Source of the DNA: a candidate division FCPU426 bacterium | GTDB lineage: Bacteria; Oederibacteriota; JAAXVQ01; JAUVAV01 | DNA length: 64,000 bases | NCBI GenBank assembly: GCA_040756875.1 | Contig: JBFLYH010000001.1 | Coordinates: forward strand, 1,308,878-1,372,877 | Direction of reading: 5' to 3' | Shown here: in pieces, positions 19,645 through 30,783 of the stretch | Numbering within the stretch: position 1 is the first letter of the stretch | Layout of the letters: every line of letters starts with the position of its first letter | The notes under the pieces: generated by a model | Told to the model about the DNA's origin: nothing | Databases searched by the model: none | Seen by the model: the letters and a program-made list of their open reading frames with translations, nothing else | Translations under genes and position numbers: made by a program

Positions 19645-20378
19645 TACTCGACGTAGAGAATGCGGGCGCAATTGTCACACGTAAGCAGCCCGCGGTATTT
19701 TCTCAGCTCGATGCTGGCTTGCGGACGGATGGAAAGACGGCAGCCTGTGCAGATGTCGTTTTCGATCTTGGACAGCGCCTTGCCGGCCTTGGCTTTAAGA
19801 AGGCGCTGGTACTGTTCCAGGTATTCCGGTTTGACCTTGAGCGCCGCAGCCGACCATTGGCGCTGGAATTCTGCAATGGCGGTCTCAAGGGCTTTGATCT
19901 CCTGCTGATGCCCTTTCTGGGTTTCAAGGGACTGCCGTTCCGTTTCCTTCACCGCGGCCTCGTCGGCTGCGATTTTTGCCTTCAGCTCATCCTCGGCCAG
20001 CATGATTTCCAAAATTCGCTCTTCCAGCAGGCTGTTCTCCTGTTTGTGCTGGCGAATTTCATTCTGCAGGGTGGAATAGGCTTCATTGGTTTTCACTTCG
20101 AACAGCTGATTGCCTAGTTTTTGGATCAGGACTTGTTTCTCTTTGGCGTCCACTTCGGCTTGGCGGCGCTCTTTCAACAGCCTTTCGGAGTCGTCTTTCC
20201 GTTCCTGAAGGGTAAGGCGGTGCTGGTCGGCATTTTTCTTTTCCGCGGCGATTTGCTCTTGAATGCGGGCGATTTCGGCGCGCCGCTGGTTCATCTCGTC
20301 ATCCAGGCCCTGGAGCGCCCATAAGGCTTCCAGCTGGGCCTTCACCAGCTGCGCTTTATCGGAAAGTGTGTCTTCCAT
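19644..20378 (-). CDS. Coiled-coil protein with C4 zinc ribbon (CT398/HP0958-like)
   Basis: Long coiled coil; CTGC...CDNCARILY. Confidence 0.9.
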   Translation of the reverse strand: MEDTLSDKAQLVKAQLEALWALQGLDDEMNQRRAEIARIQEQIAAEKKNADQHRLTLQERKDDSERLLKERRQAEVDAKEKQVLIQKLGNQLFEVKTNEAYSTLQNEIRQHKQENSLLEERILEIMLAEDELKAKIAADEAAVKETERQSLETQKGHQQEIKALETAIAEFQRQWSAAALKVKPEYLEQYQRLLKAKAGKALSKIENDICTGCRLSIRPQASIELRKYRGLLTCDNCARILYVE

Positions 20379-20492
20379 CCCATCGCCTCCTGCCTGCGGA
20401 GCCCGCCTCCGCCTGGAATTGGGTTGGCCGAAGGCGGTTTTTTCAAAACGGAAAAGCGGCTTGACCCCATAGGGCTCCACCGCCAGGTTGAC

Positions 20493-20569
20493 TGGTGGGC
20501 GGAAAAGGATTCGAACCTTCGACTTCCACCATGTGAAGATGGCACTCTAACCAGCTGAGTTATCCGCCC
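20493..20569 (-). tRNA. tRNA-Val (CAC)
   Basis: Cloverleaf GGGCGGATAACTCAGCTGGTTAGAG...TTCACAT...GGTTCGAATCC...CCA. Confidence 0.96.
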
Positions 20570-20632
20570 ATTAGCTGATAGAACGCTGAATCTTACACAA
20601 TCTAAAAAGGACCGTCAAGGGTAAAAACGCCC

Positions 20633-21190
20633 CTATTCCGCAGGGTTTTTCAGGGCTGCTACTTCCACCTCGTTCAGCGGACGGACGCCGCCCGGCGGCA
20701 GATCCCCCAGGTGAATGGGCCCGAAAACCAGGCGGTGCAGGTCCGTGACCCGGCGGTGGAAATGCATGGCCAGGCGCCGGACTTCGCGGTGTTTGCCCTC
20801 GGTCAGCGTGAAACGGTAGCGGCAGTCGGCAATGGCTTCCGCGCGTACTGACCGGCAGCGGGTCCGGCCTTCCAAAAGCAGGCCTGCTTCCAGTTGGGCA
20901 AAGGCCTCCGGCGGCAACGGCCGGTTGGTGGTCACCAAATAAATGCGGGGGATGGAAAAACGAGGCAGGAGCAGGCGTTGCACCTGGGGAAAATCGTCGC
21001 TAAACAGGAGCAAACCGGTGGTGTCGCGGTCCAAACGCCCCACAGTCTCCACGGTCGGCAGGCCCGGTGGAAGCAAGTCATACACCGTGGAACGCCCCCA
21101 GGGATCTCGGCGGGAAGCCACCACCCCCCTGGGTTTGTGCATAAGGAGCCACGTCCGACCCGCGGCCTCGGCTGGGGATTGATCCGGCAT
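20633..21190 (-). CDS. RsuA/RluE-family pseudouridine synthase (no S4 domain)
   Basis: HKPRG, VGRLDRDTTGLLL and EGKHREVRR motifs. Confidence 0.92.
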   Translation of the reverse strand: MPDQSPAEAAGRTWLLMHKPRGVVASRRDPWGRSTVYDLLPPGLPTVETVGRLDRDTTGLLLFSDDFPQVQRLLLPRFSIPRIYLVTTNRPLPPEAFAQLEAGLLLEGRTRCRSVRAEAIADCRYRFTLTEGKHREVRRLAMHFHRRVTDLHRLVFGPIHLGDLPPGGVRPLNEVEVAALKNPAE

Positions 21191-21198
21191 GGAACCCC

Positions 21199-21441
21199 TT
21201 ACATGGAAATCGACTTCACCTCGACACCAACCACTGCCTGCAAATCCGACACCAAGGAATTGACGACGCTCTGCTCGGGTTTGACTTGCAAAATAACCAA
21301 CCCATCATCTGCACAAGCGGCATCGCTGACTTCATGCAGGCCCAACCGCAGCATGATATCGCACCCGTGCTTGGTAAGCACTTCCTGAACTTTGACCGCA
21401 TGGGCCTGGCGGGCCTTGATCCGGAGCAAAACGAGCTGCAT
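21199..21441 (-). CDS. Small ACT-like protein resembling the iron-only hydrogenase system regulator (TM1266-like)
   Basis: AVKVQEVLTKHGC.I..RLGLHE...GLVILQ; GAGGAGG RBS. Confidence 0.7.
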   Translation of the reverse strand: MQLVLLRIKARQAHAVKVQEVLTKHGCDIMLRLGLHEVSDAACADDGLVILQVKPEQSVVNSLVSDLQAVVGVEVKSISM

Positions 21442-21522
21442 AATCAGCCTCCTCATTTGAAAATGAGCGAGTTGAGCAAGCGGACCGCAATTAAGCTTTC
21501 TTCTTAAATTCCATTTGCTCAA

Positions 21523-21687
21523 CCTGCTCCACTGCTCAACTGCTCTGTACCTTTTCGCCTCTGGCGATATATCTCGATCAGTAGATCAGTTGAACAGTAG
21601 ACCGCAGTTGAGCCCGTTTGATCTTTTCCAATCTACTGTTCGCCTGCTCCACTGCTCAACTGCTCTGTACCTTTTCGCCTCTGGCGA
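21523..21687. repeat. 45-bp exact direct repeat (21523-21567 and 21643-21687)
   Basis: CCTGCTCCACTGCTCAACTGCTCTGTACCTTTTCGCCTCTGGCGA occurs twice, 120 bp apart. Confidence 0.9.
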
Positions 21688-21695
21688 AAAGGTAC
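21667..21695 (-). terminator. Hairpin immediately 3' of tRNA-Ile2
   Basis: GTACCTTTTCGCC-TCT-GGCGAAAAGGTAC, perfect 13-bp stem. Confidence 0.55.
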
Positions 21696-21771
<76 letters not shown>

Positions 21772-21879
21772 GTCATTTTGCCCTGCAAAATGACAGAACA
21801 GGTGAGCAGTCGATCAGGTGAACAGGAGAAAAAGCGAACCTGTGGTCTCCTGCACAACTGTTCCCCTGTTCATTATTGT

Positions 21880-23661
21880 CTAATCCAAATATCCGCGCAG
21901 CTTCCGGCTCCGCGAGGGATGGCGCAGCTTGCGCAAAGCTTTGGCTTCGATCTGCCGCACACGTTCGCGCGTGACATTGAAGATATTTCCCACTTCCTCC
22001 AGGGTGTGGGGGTAGCCGTCGCCGATGCCGAAGCGCAGGCGCAGCACTTCGGCTTCACGCTCCTTGAGCGTGTGCAACACCTTGCTGATCTGTTCCTGCA
22101 GCAGGAGGAAAGCCGCGGCATTGGCGGGCGAAATGACTTCCTTGTCCTCGAGGAAGTCTCCGAGGTGGGAATCCTTTTCCTCGCCGATCGGCGTTTCCAG
22201 CGAAATGGGTTGCTGCGCGATTTTCAGGATGCCGCGCACCTTCTCCACCGGCATGCTCATTTTTTTGGCGATTTCCTCGGGCAAAGGCTCGCGGCCGTGG
22301 ATTTGGACCAGATCGCGCGACACTTTTATCAGTTTATTGATGGTCTCGATCATGTGCACCGGAATACGGATCGTCCGCGCCTGGTCGGCAATGGCCCGGG
22401 TGATGGCCTGCCGGATCCACCAGGTGGCGTAGGTGGAAAACTTGTATCCTCGGCGGTATTCAAACCGTTCCACAGCGCGCATCAGGCCGATGTTCCCCTC
22501 CTGGATCAAATCCAGAAACTGCAGGCCGCGGTTGGTGTACTTCTTGGCGATGGAGACCACGAGGCGGAGGTTGGCCTCCACCAGCTCCATGCGCGCCTTA
22601 TAGGCGGCCGCTTCGCCTTCCTCGATTTCCTTGGCCAGCGCCACCAGGGCATCAGGCTCCATCTCCGCTTCCTGGGCGGCATGTTCGATCCGCCTCAGCT
22701 CGTCCTGGTAATTTTTCACCATCAACTGCAGTTCTTCGGCTTTGGCCTTGGCTTCGCGCTCCAATTTCTTGATTTCGCGGGGCGAGCCTTTAAGGGTTTT
22801 GCTGACCGAGCGCAGTTGATCGGGACGGATAGCGTAGCGTTTGAGCCAGCTCTCCAGCTTGCGCCGCGAGGATTTAACCTGGCCTGCGGCCACCTTGATG
22901 TATTCGATCAAGCGGGCCATTTCGACCTGGTTGAGGTTGATGCTCTTGAGGCTGCGGAAACGCTTCGCCGCGGCTTGTTGGTACTGGCGGTCCAGGAGAC
23001 GCCGCTGCCTTTCGCCGAGTTTGGATGACTGCAGCCGCTGGGTCAGGCGCTTGGCGGTCTGGGCGTGCTCCAGGGAGGCTTTCATTTCCCGCTTCACGGC
23101 CGTGGCCATGGCGCGCTCAACCGTCGGCGCGATTTCGCCCTCCAGATTGTGTTTGACGATTGAGGAAGCCAGGATTTTCCCGCGCACTAGCTTTTCAAAG
23201 AGCACGCGGATTTCCCTGAGGGACAACGGGGCCTCCAGCACGGCCTTCTCCACCCTCAGCTCCTGCTCCTCGATCCGCTTGGCCAGGCGAACTTCCTGTT
23301 CGCGCGTGAGCAGCGGGACGCGGCCCATCTCATGAAGGTACATGCGGACCGGGTCGTCGGAGCGGCTTTCCTCGACCGGCGCTTCCTGCGCAGACTCGAA
23401 TTCCACCTCTTCGAGTTCGCTGACCAGGGAAATCCGGTCGTCGGTGGCAGGCTCCTTGTCCGCATCCACAATCTCGATGTCGTTTTCTCCCAGCATGATC
23501 AAAATATCATCGATCTGCTCGGAGGAAACCACTTCGGACGGCAACAGGTTGTTGACGTCGTTGTAGGTCAGGTATCCTTTTTTGCGCCCTTTTTCAAGGA
23601 GTTTCTCGACCTCACCTGGCTTCAAAGTCTTGTGTTCGGCGTCTTTCGCCATCTGGGCCAC
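21880..23661 (-). CDS. rpoD: Primary sigma factor
   Basis: [30 protein letters not shown] and TRERVRQIE motifs. Confidence 0.98.
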   Translation of the reverse strand: MAQMAKDAEHKTLKPGEVEKLLEKGRKKGYLTYNDVNNLLPSEVVSSEQIDDILIMLGENDIEIVDADKEPATDDRISLVSELEEVEFESAQEAPVEESRSDDPVRMYLHEMGRVPLLTREQEVRLAKRIEEQELRVEKAVLEAPLSLREIRVLFEKLVRGKILASSIVKHNLEGEIAPTVERAMATAVKREMKASLEHAQTAKRLTQRLQSSKLGERQRRLLDRQYQQAAAKRFRSLKSINLNQVEMARLIEYIKVAAGQVKSSRRKLESWLKRYAIRPDQLRSVSKTLKGSPREIKKLEREAKAKAEELQLMVKNYQDELRRIEHAAQEAEMEPDALVALAKEIEEGEAAAYKARMELVEANLRLVVSIAKKYTNRGLQFLDLIQEGNIGLMRAVERFEYRRGYKFSTYATWWIRQAITRAIADQARTIRIPVHMIETINKLIKVSRDLVQIHGREPLPEEIAKKMSMPVEKVRGILKIAQQPISLETPIGEEKDSHLGDFLEDKEVISPANAAAFLLLQEQISKVLHTLKEREAEVLRLRFGIGDGYPHTLEEVGNIFNVTRERVRQIEAKALRKLRHPSRSRKLRGYLD

Positions 23662-23775
23662 CCACTTTATACCCTCGGATCACAACAGCGCCGGGGCAAG
23701 ATATCCGCGATAGCGGTGTGAATTTCAAGAACAGTACATTTTATACGAACAACGAGTCCAGTCAAGCGCATTATC

Positions 23776-25575
23776 CTACGCCCAGGATTCGCCTTTCCAA
23801 ACCGGTCCAAAGCGTTTCAACTGCCCGGCCAGCTCCCTTTTTTCCTCCTGCAACTGCTTGAGCGTCTCCCAATCGCCGGTGGCCTCCACTTCTTGAATGC
23901 GGATCTGGATGCCGGTCAGCCGGTCCTGCAGGCGGAAAAGCTCCAGGCGTTTCACGCAGTCCTCCAGCACCCGCTCCGGATCCTGGGTCCCGCGGTCCAC
24001 GGCCAGCAACCGCTCCCCCAACTCGGCCAGGTCCGTGGTCAACGCGGCCCGGGCCTCGGGCCACCAGCGGTCCTCCTGGTCAGGGTCAAAAGGCTCCGCC
24101 AGGATTTTTTCCAGCAAATTCCGGTATTCCGAAACCTGGAACCATTCCGGACGCAGTTTGTCGCGCCACCCTGCGATCGTCCAGGGATAACGCAGCAGGG
24201 TGGCCACGATCAATTCCTCTTCCAGGGCGGCGCGCGCGCGCACCGGTTCGGGCGCCGGCTGCTCCTTGGGAAGGGGTGCGGGAGTCTGAAGCCGGCTGAT
24301 CTCGGTCAGCACCTGCCGGTCCAAAAGCTGCAGACGCTGGGCGAGAAGATGGGCGTACTCCCCCTCCTCGATGCCGCCGGCCGGAAACAGGCGGATCAAC
24401 GGGCCGATCAGCCGGACGACTTTGAGTTTTCCGTCCAAGGACCGGGTGTCCACGGCCGCGAGGTTTTTTTCCAGAACGTACTCGACCACGCTGACCGCCC
24501 GATCCACGCGTTCCTTCAAGGCCGACGCCCCGAAACGCCGCCAGTATTCATCCGGATCTTTGGCCTCGGGTAGAACCACGGCTTTGACCGACACGCCAGC
24601 CTGGACCAGGAGTTCGAAAGCACGGCGCGTGGCTGCGATGCCCGCCTCGTCGGCGTCGTACATCAAGACCGCCTGATTGGCGTACCTTTTGATCAACTGA
24701 GCCTGCTTAGGCGTCAGGGCCGTGCCCAGCGACGCGACGGTTTCGGCCAGCCCGGCTGCGTGGCAGGCGATGGCATCCACATAACCCTCGACCACGATCA
24801 GGCGCCCCGCGCTGCGGGCGGCCTCGCGCGCCACGTTCAGGGCATACAAGAGGTCGCCTTTGCGGAACAACGGCGTCTCGGGTGAATTGAGGTACTTGGG
24901 TCCCTGGTCGCCCAGCAGGCGGCCGCCGAAAGCCACGGGCCTTCCCTGCAGGTCGAAAATGGGAAACATCCACCGCTGGCGGAAACGGTCATAAGGGCTT
25001 CCCTGGTCTCCGGCTTCGACCAGGAGGCCGGCCTGTAACAAGAGTTCCTGGGAGTAATGGTCCCGCTGGGCGGCGCGAAGCAGATTGTCCCTGCCCGGCG
25101 GCGCGAAGCCCAGGCCAAACTGGCTCCAAAGCTCCTCCGGAATCTGCCGTTGCTGCAGATACGCCCTGGCGCCTTTCCCCGCTTCCGGCGCTCGCAGTGC
25201 CTGGGTGAACCTTTCGGCAGCCCAGGCCATCACCGCGTAAAGCTGCCGTTTGAGCTGCTCGCGCTCCGGTTGCTGTGAGCCTCCGGTGCGCGTCAGGGTG
25301 ATATTGGCGCGTTCAGCCAGCGTTTTGAGGGTTTCTGGAAAGGTCCAACCTTCACGGCGCATTAAAAACTCGAATACATCCCCTCCGGCACCGCAGCCGA
25401 AGCACTTGAACGTTTGACGCTCCGGATTGACGAAAAAGCTGGGTGTTTTTTCCCCATGAAAAGGACAAAGGCCTTTCAAGTTTCTTCCGGCCGCTTTCAA
25501 GGCAACGTATTGGGAAACCACGGCCACGATATCCGTGGCATCCCGTACGCGTTCTTTGTCGTCAGGCAGGTTCAC
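23776..25575 (-). CDS. dnaG: DNA primase
   Basis: CPFH zinc finger, KYLNSPET, EGYVD and DPD (TOPRIM) motifs. Confidence 0.98.
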   Translation of the reverse strand: MNLPDDKERVRDATDIVAVVSQYVALKAAGRNLKGLCPFHGEKTPSFFVNPERQTFKCFGCGAGGDVFEFLMRREGWTFPETLKTLAERANITLTRTGGSQQPEREQLKRQLYAVMAWAAERFTQALRAPEAGKGARAYLQQRQIPEELWSQFGLGFAPPGRDNLLRAAQRDHYSQELLLQAGLLVEAGDQGSPYDRFRQRWMFPIFDLQGRPVAFGGRLLGDQGPKYLNSPETPLFRKGDLLYALNVAREAARSAGRLIVVEGYVDAIACHAAGLAETVASLGTALTPKQAQLIKRYANQAVLMYDADEAGIAATRRAFELLVQAGVSVKAVVLPEAKDPDEYWRRFGASALKERVDRAVSVVEYVLEKNLAAVDTRSLDGKLKVVRLIGPLIRLFPAGGIEEGEYAHLLAQRLQLLDRQVLTEISRLQTPAPLPKEQPAPEPVRARAALEEELIVATLLRYPWTIAGWRDKLRPEWFQVSEYRNLLEKILAEPFDPDQEDRWWPEARAALTTDLAELGERLLAVDRGTQDPERVLEDCVKRLELFRLQDRLTGIQIRIQEVEATGDWETLKQLQEEKRELAGQLKRFGPVWKGESWA

Positions 25576-25599
25576 GCCGATCCCTCAAAGAGTGGGCTT

Positions 25600-25701
25600 A
25601 ATCCCTCCGCAAGAATCCCCGGTCTTGGGACCGGGGAGAGGATTTGCATTATTTGTCGCGGAGGGAGGGAGTCCCGGCCAGTAGCCGGAAAAGGCCTCCA
25701 C
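25600..25701 (+). mobile_element. Small IS200/IS605-like palindromic element, copy A
   Basis: Shares 23-nt and 18-nt identical blocks with the reverse complement of 33725-33846. Confidence 0.65.
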
Positions 25702-25706
25702 AATCA

Positions 25707-25738
25707 ACAACAGCCCGGACAGGGTTCCGGGCTGTTGT
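25707..25738 (-). terminator. Probable terminator/attenuator after rpsU
   Basis: 13-bp perfect stem ACAACAGCCCGGA/TCCGGGCTGTTGT. Confidence 0.6.
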
Positions 25739-25796
25739 GGTGAGAGGATGGTCCGCGCATCCCAATCGCGCGGGAATGATAGACAGGATTTATAAA

Positions 25797-25982
25797 TTAC
25801 ATGGACCGTTTTCTGGCCTTCTTTCGGGCTGCCAGAATCTTCATTTTGCGCTTCACGCTCGGTTTTTCATAGTGTTCACGGCGGCGCATTTCCGAGAGTA
25901 CGCCGGACTGCTGGACTTCCTTCTTAAACCGGCGGAGGGCAGCCTCGAAATTTTCACTGTCTTTAACGCGAATTTCGATCAT
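25797..25982 (-). CDS. rpsU: 30S ribosomal protein S21
   Basis: ALRRFKK...[12 protein letters not shown]. Confidence 0.97.
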   Translation of the reverse strand: MIEIRVKDSENFEAALRRFKKEVQQSGVLSEMRRREHYEKPSVKRKMKILAARKKARKRSM

Positions 25983-26104
25983 GAGTCTTCATCCCTCCCT
26001 TCTCTTGGAAAATGGCGCTTTGCGGTTTCTAGGTTGCGCGAATCAATCCTAATAAGATTCGAAGCACATAATAATATATCAACCCCTGCGGGTTTGTCAA
26101 ACAA

Positions 26105-26452
26105 TTATCCAGGCGGCCAGCTGAATTTTCTGCCCCCCAGCAAATGCAAGTGCAAGTGATAGACCTCCTGGCCCGCATCCCCGCGGCAATTGACTACCAG
26201 GCGGTATCCTGAATCCAAGCCCTGATCCGAAGCAATGCGGTTGGCGGCCAGGATCAACCGCCCCAGCAACGGGTTTTGGCTTGGGGTCACATCCGCCACA
26301 GTGGATATGTGCTCCTTGGGAATAACCAGAACATGCACCGGAGCCTGGGGCTTGATGTCCGCGAAAGCCAGAACCGCCTCGTCTTCGTACAGCTTTTTAG
26401 CCGGAATTTCACCCTTCACGATGCGGCAAAAAAGGCATTGAGGGTCGTGCAT
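26105..26452 (-). CDS. Histidine triad nucleotide-binding protein (Hint)
   Basis: CLFCRI, HLHLH and WPPG motifs. Confidence 0.95.
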   Translation of the reverse strand: MHDPQCLFCRIVKGEIPAKKLYEDEAVLAFADIKPQAPVHVLVIPKEHISTVADVTPSQNPLLGRLILAANRIASDQGLDSGYRLVVNCRGDAGQEVYHLHLHLLGGRKFSWPPG

Positions 26453-26513
26453 GTGGCCTCCACCAGGCTGCCTAATTACAACTTCTCTTATAATCGCCTG
26501 GCAAGAATGATAA

Positions 26514-28865
26514 TTAAAAATTCAAATTGTACTGCAGGTTGGCCACCAGTTCCTGATAACTGTTGGCATCCTGCAACTTGTCCCCGTAACCGATGCTCGA
26601 AAGCGTCAATCCCAGCGAATGGCCGGAACGGATGTAATACGTCCCGTACAGCGCCACCGTGGAAAGCAGGTCATCGACCAGCGTCAGGTCATCCTTGCCG
26701 GCCAGATTCTCCCAACTCAGCCCCAGATCCAGCGTATTAGGAACCGCCTTCCAGTTCCCCCTCAGACTGTACAGGGAATAATCCAGGATTTGTTTGGTAG
26801 CGCCTGCCGCCTGAATGGCGGTCAACCCCGCCGTGTATCCCGACAGGTCCGTGTAGGTCCGGTTCAGTCCGTAGCCCGCACTTAAGGACCAGGGGCCGAA
26901 GGCATAAATCGCCGACAATTGCAGCGAGCCGGTGGTCAAATCTCCGCTAAGTTTCGTTTGGGCCAAGTCTTGGAAGACGCTGAGCGAATAAGTGAGATTG
27001 GCAAGCAGCTGATTGGGACCGGACGGGATTTGCGACCCAAGCCCGAGGGTGAACACCGACGTGCGGTTGTCGATGATCGGGACCGGTTGTGAGTTGTCCT
27101 GCTGAGTGTTGACTGAATAGCCCAAAGAGAGGGTGGAAAGATAGGGCGGCAGGCGGTAATACGCCATGCCGGAAACGAACACCGTATTGGTCGTGCCTGC
27201 GGTTATTGTGGTGTTGGCCGCTTCCAGGTAATAGGTATCGGTTTTCTGGTTGTCCACGTTGTCCTGCCATACATTGAGTTCGCCGAGAATGATCAATTGA
27301 TCGTCGAAAAGGTAGAGACGCGCATTGCTGTCCACGCCCTGCTGGTCGCTGATCAGCCAGGGATTTCCGAGGGAAACAAACTTGGAGCCGGTGCGCTTGT
27401 ATTCCACCTCGACGGCACTGCGATTGTTCCATTCCCACCGCATCCCCCCCCGGTAGGCATCCCCCAAGGAGACGGTGAAAAAATTCATATTTTGATCGTA
27501 ATACCCCATGCCATATTCCCCGTAAAACAAGCTGGACAGGCTGGGCAGATAATTGATTTTGATATGGCCTTCGGCCGACCCGACGATGTTGTTTTCCGGC
27601 AGGGTGGAAACAGGCGTCTTGAGGGATTGCGCATTGTCCAAAACTGCGTCGGCGTTGAGGGAAAAACCGATTCCGGACCACACATCGGAAAGCCAGCGAA
27701 ACCCCGTGGCCAGGCGCTCAAAAGTACCGGCCGTGTCCGGCTCCCTGCCCTCGATGGGCACGCGGTTCCAACCGCCTGCCAGATGCAGTTCCGAGTGCGC
27801 CTGGCTGGCATCCCCCATGATCCAACGCAGGTACCCGCCGCGCACAAAGCAATTGTTCAGGGTGAAATCCGTGAAAATCGGATAAGTATCTCCCAGGGAT
27901 ACGGACAGGGCCGGGTTGACGACATCCAACCTGAAACGATTGACCGGCTGGCGGCCGGGCGCCTCTTCGGAGGTCAGATAACCGGTGCCCAAAAATTGCC
28001 AGGCTTCGGACCCGCCTGAAAAATTCAAATTCACACGGTGCAGCCAGCCTTCAGGCTGGACCAAATACAGGGTGTCCTGGGGTTTTTTCCCCAGCGAGGT
28101 ATCCTGCAACTCAACCCGCAAATTGCCGCGGAAAGCGGCAAGCTTGGCCGCCGCTTCTTTTTCAGCCTTCCAGGCTGCCGCTGCCTCGGGCGTGGAAATG
28201 GTGAAGGACCACGTCTTGGATTTGGTCTCCTGCCCTTCTGTGTTTCGAACGACGACCTGCAGGCCGTGCAGGCCGGGCGTCAGGCCGGCAGGAGGCACAA
28301 ACGTCAGCAGAGAGGGATTTTTCTCCACAGAGGCGGTCACATCCGCCTCGTCGAAGATGACTTTGAGGGATTTCAGGTCGGTCTGGCTCGTCCCGGGATC
28401 GATGCGGACCACGACCATGGCTTCTTCGGCGGTCAGGGTGGCGCCGTCCTCAGGGAGCAGGAGTTCCAGCGTAGGCCCCACCGTCGCCCGTCGCACCAAG
28501 ACCCGGTGGGGGGCGGTGGTGGGATTCAACTGCGGTGAGGTGCCGCGTTCTCCGGCCTGGTTGCGGGCTTCCAGGTAGTATTCCAGGCCTTCTTCCGTAA
28601 CGCTCGAACCCGGAATCTGGGCGCTATAGCTGACGCCTGCGCCTTGCATGATTTCTTCGCGATAGCTCAAGCCGCCGATGGGGCGGTAGTACAGTTTCAC
28701 TTGTACGATCGGTGAGGCGGCGTCCGTGATGGTCGCGGACAGCGGCAGGGGCTTTCCAGCCTCCGCTTCAGTCGGCGGTTGGTGTACCAGCACCGGCACG
28801 GCCAAGGCCGAGGCCGGTAGCAATCCAAGGGTCAAAAGCAGCAGGGTGCAGGCCTGGATTCGCAT
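26514..28865 (-). CDS. Probable outer-membrane beta-barrel with N-terminal Ig-like domains
   Basis: Signal peptide, Ig-like N-terminal part, alternating beta strands, terminal YNLNF. Confidence 0.7.
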   Translation of the reverse strand: MRIQACTLLLLTLGLLPASALAVPVLVHQPPTEAEAGKPLPLSATITDAASPIVQVKLYYRPIGGLSYREEIMQGAGVSYSAQIPGSSVTEEGLEYYLEARNQAGERGTSPQLNPTTAPHRVLVRRATVGPTLELLLPEDGATLTAEEAMVVVRIDPGTSQTDLKSLKVIFDEADVTASVEKNPSLLTFVPPAGLTPGLHGLQVVVRNTEGQETKSKTWSFTISTPEAAAAWKAEKEAAAKLAAFRGNLRVELQDTSLGKKPQDTLYLVQPEGWLHRVNLNFSGGSEAWQFLGTGYLTSEEAPGRQPVNRFRLDVVNPALSVSLGDTYPIFTDFTLNNCFVRGGYLRWIMGDASQAHSELHLAGGWNRVPIEGREPDTAGTFERLATGFRWLSDVWSGIGFSLNADAVLDNAQSLKTPVSTLPENNIVGSAEGHIKINYLPSLSSLFYGEYGMGYYDQNMNFFTVSLGDAYRGGMRWEWNNRSAVEVEYKRTGSKFVSLGNPWLISDQQGVDSNARLYLFDDQLIILGELNVWQDNVDNQKTDTYYLEAANTTITAGTTNTVFVSGMAYYRLPPYLSTLSLGYSVNTQQDNSQPVPIIDNRTSVFTLGLGSQIPSGPNQLLANLTYSLSVFQDLAQTKLSGDLTTGSLQLSAIYAFGPWSLSAGYGLNRTYTDLSGYTAGLTAIQAAGATKQILDYSLYSLRGNWKAVPNTLDLGLSWENLAGKDDLTLVDDLLSTVALYGTYYIRSGHSLGLTLSSIGYGDKLQDANSYQELVANLQYNLNF

Positions 28866-28867
28866 GC

Positions 28868-29593
28868 TTACTGACCCTGCTGGTATTTAAGGTTGAGTTG
28901 ATACTCCTTCCCGTCTTTGTCGCGAACCGTGGTTTTCAAGGTCCGGACCGAGGGATTGTCCACCACTGATTCAAACCACCGGGGCAGGTCCTCCAGGTTG
29001 ATCTTTTCAGGTTCCGAGGGGCCGGAGCCGGGTCCGGCCGTGCTTCGGAAAGACGGCCCCACCAACTGCTGGCCTTGGTCGTTGTAGAACCTGATCAAGC
29101 CATCCCACACCAGCAACTGGACTAAAAGCTTCTCCAAAACTTTCAACTCCAGCTCCGTGCCTTTGATTGCGGCCACGGCCGAGGGCGTTTCGATCTCCAA
29201 CCCGGTGTCCTGTTTCTTGATTTTGGCCCATAAGTGTCCGATCAGCAACTTCAACCGGTTTTGTTTGTCTTTGTTTTTAGGCTTGAGCTCCAGCGTCGTG
29301 TTTTTATTCAGCCTCACCACACTTCCGTCGTTGAGCATGATCTGTACCTGGGCGTCCAGGGTCTTGACCACATCCCGTTCCAGCAACTGCATGCCGCGCT
29401 TCACGGGTTTAATTTCCTTGCCATCGCGTTCAATGCTGGTCATGGGGCCGAAGGAAACGTAGATCACCGCTCCTACGGCATTTTGGTCATCAGGCGACGG
29501 TACTGCATCCGTCTGACGCGGAAGTAAAATAGCGGCCACCATCGCCGTCATTATAATTCCTGCGCTAAAGAACCGAGTCCAAGTAGTATGCAT
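28868..29593 (-). CDS. FecR-domain protein
   Basis: DGSVVRL..NT and IETPSAVAAIKGT motifs; N-terminal hydrophobic segment. Confidence 0.85.
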   Translation of the reverse strand: MHTTWTRFFSAGIIMTAMVAAILLPRQTDAVPSPDDQNAVGAVIYVSFGPMTSIERDGKEIKPVKRGMQLLERDVVKTLDAQVQIMLNDGSVVRLNKNTTLELKPKNKDKQNRLKLLIGHLWAKIKKQDTGLEIETPSAVAAIKGTELELKVLEKLLVQLLVWDGLIRFYNDQGQQLVGPSFRSTAGPGSGPSEPEKINLEDLPRWFESVVDNPSVRTLKTTVRDKDGKEYQLNLKYQQGQ

Positions 29594-29612
29594 GAGCGTG
29601 TCCCCCTCTGGC

Positions 29613-30632
29613 TTATTCGAGCTCAAAGCTCGTGATCTTGGCCGAGCCGTCGCGCAACTGGCGCAGAAGTTCGGCCAAATCCGGGTGGGTGGTCTCCACG
29701 CCGACGGGTTGATAGAGTTTCAAGTCTGCAAACAAGCCCGCATCCGGAACGCTTTGCCGCAGCGTGCGGTCGACTTCCGGAGGGGTCACTGCCGTGCTGA
29801 TCCGCGTGGCACTGTTGATCCTGAACCAGGCCGGAATGGACTTGCCGTCCATTCCGCCCACCGGGCTGCCGAATTCATCGTAAGCAATTACCTGCCAGTA
29901 GTATTTTTCCCCGTTTTCCAGAGTACGGGCCGAAGGAGGATAAAGGATCTGGGTCCCGGCTAAACGGCCGCTGCGCCAGTAAATATTGACTTGGGGATCC
30001 TGGTTGGGACTTACCAGCACTTCGTAGGTTTTGGCATTGCGGCTGCCCGGGCTCCAGACCAGGTTGGGCAGGAGGGTCGAGATGTCCAAATCTTTGGGAT
30101 AAATCAGGAGCGGAGGCAGGTTCTGGGCGGCCGGCGAGGCGAAGAGTGCGAGACGGATACGATAAGAGGGGCCGGCCGGATTTTCTGGCGTCAGCACAAG
30201 GTAAAAATCGCCTTTCAGGATGGGCGAGTCGCCCCGGAGCACGGCGTCCAGATTCTGGGCGGAAACGTAATCATCATTGAAATTGACCCGGTTGCCGATC
30301 GTGCCGATCTGGTCCGCGGTAAACACATTATGTCCCACTCGCAACGGGGTGGTAGTCTGGAAAACGGTGTCCGCCACGCGGGTTTTGCCGTCCCAAATTT
30401 CCAAACGGAAACGGAAGGCGCTTGCCACCTGGTCTGAAGAGACATCCATCAGAAAAACGCGCGGAGAGACCATGGGCACGTTGGTCCTGTTTTCCTGGTA
30501 GGCTTTGTAGATCTCCAGCATCACGTGCGGACTCACTGCCACGTTGACGATCCGGACATCCGCCTTGGCCGGTACAGCGGCCAGACTGAACAGGCATACA
30601 ACGATCCATCCAATACGACCTATGCTTTTCAT
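29613..30632 (-). CDS. Secreted hypothetical protein with Fn3/Ig-like domain
   Basis: Signal peptide; P.L.W...YEV...L..G.KYYWQV.A. Confidence 0.7.
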   Translation of the reverse strand: MKSIGRIGWIVVCLFSLAAVPAKADVRIVNVAVSPHVMLEIYKAYQENRTNVPMVSPRVFLMDVSSDQVASAFRFRLEIWDGKTRVADTVFQTTTPLRVGHNVFTADQIGTIGNRVNFNDDYVSAQNLDAVLRGDSPILKGDFYLVLTPENPAGPSYRIRLALFASPAAQNLPPLLIYPKDLDISTLLPNLVWSPGSRNAKTYEVLVSPNQDPQVNIYWRSGRLAGTQILYPPSARTLENGEKYYWQVIAYDEFGSPVGGMDGKSIPAWFRINSATRISTAVTPPEVDRTLRQSVPDAGLFADLKLYQPVGVETTHPDLAELLRQLRDGSAKITSFELE

Positions 30633-30783
30633 CTGTTCACCCTCCTTTGGCGTGCTTTGCCGGGCTGTGCGGTTGGAAAAGCGGGATCAAGGCAAAGTGG
30701 ATTCGGGGACGCTTCCCGACCATTTCAGTCTAGTATATGGCTCTGTCTTTGTCAACCGCGGACCAGCATTTTTTCATTTGTTT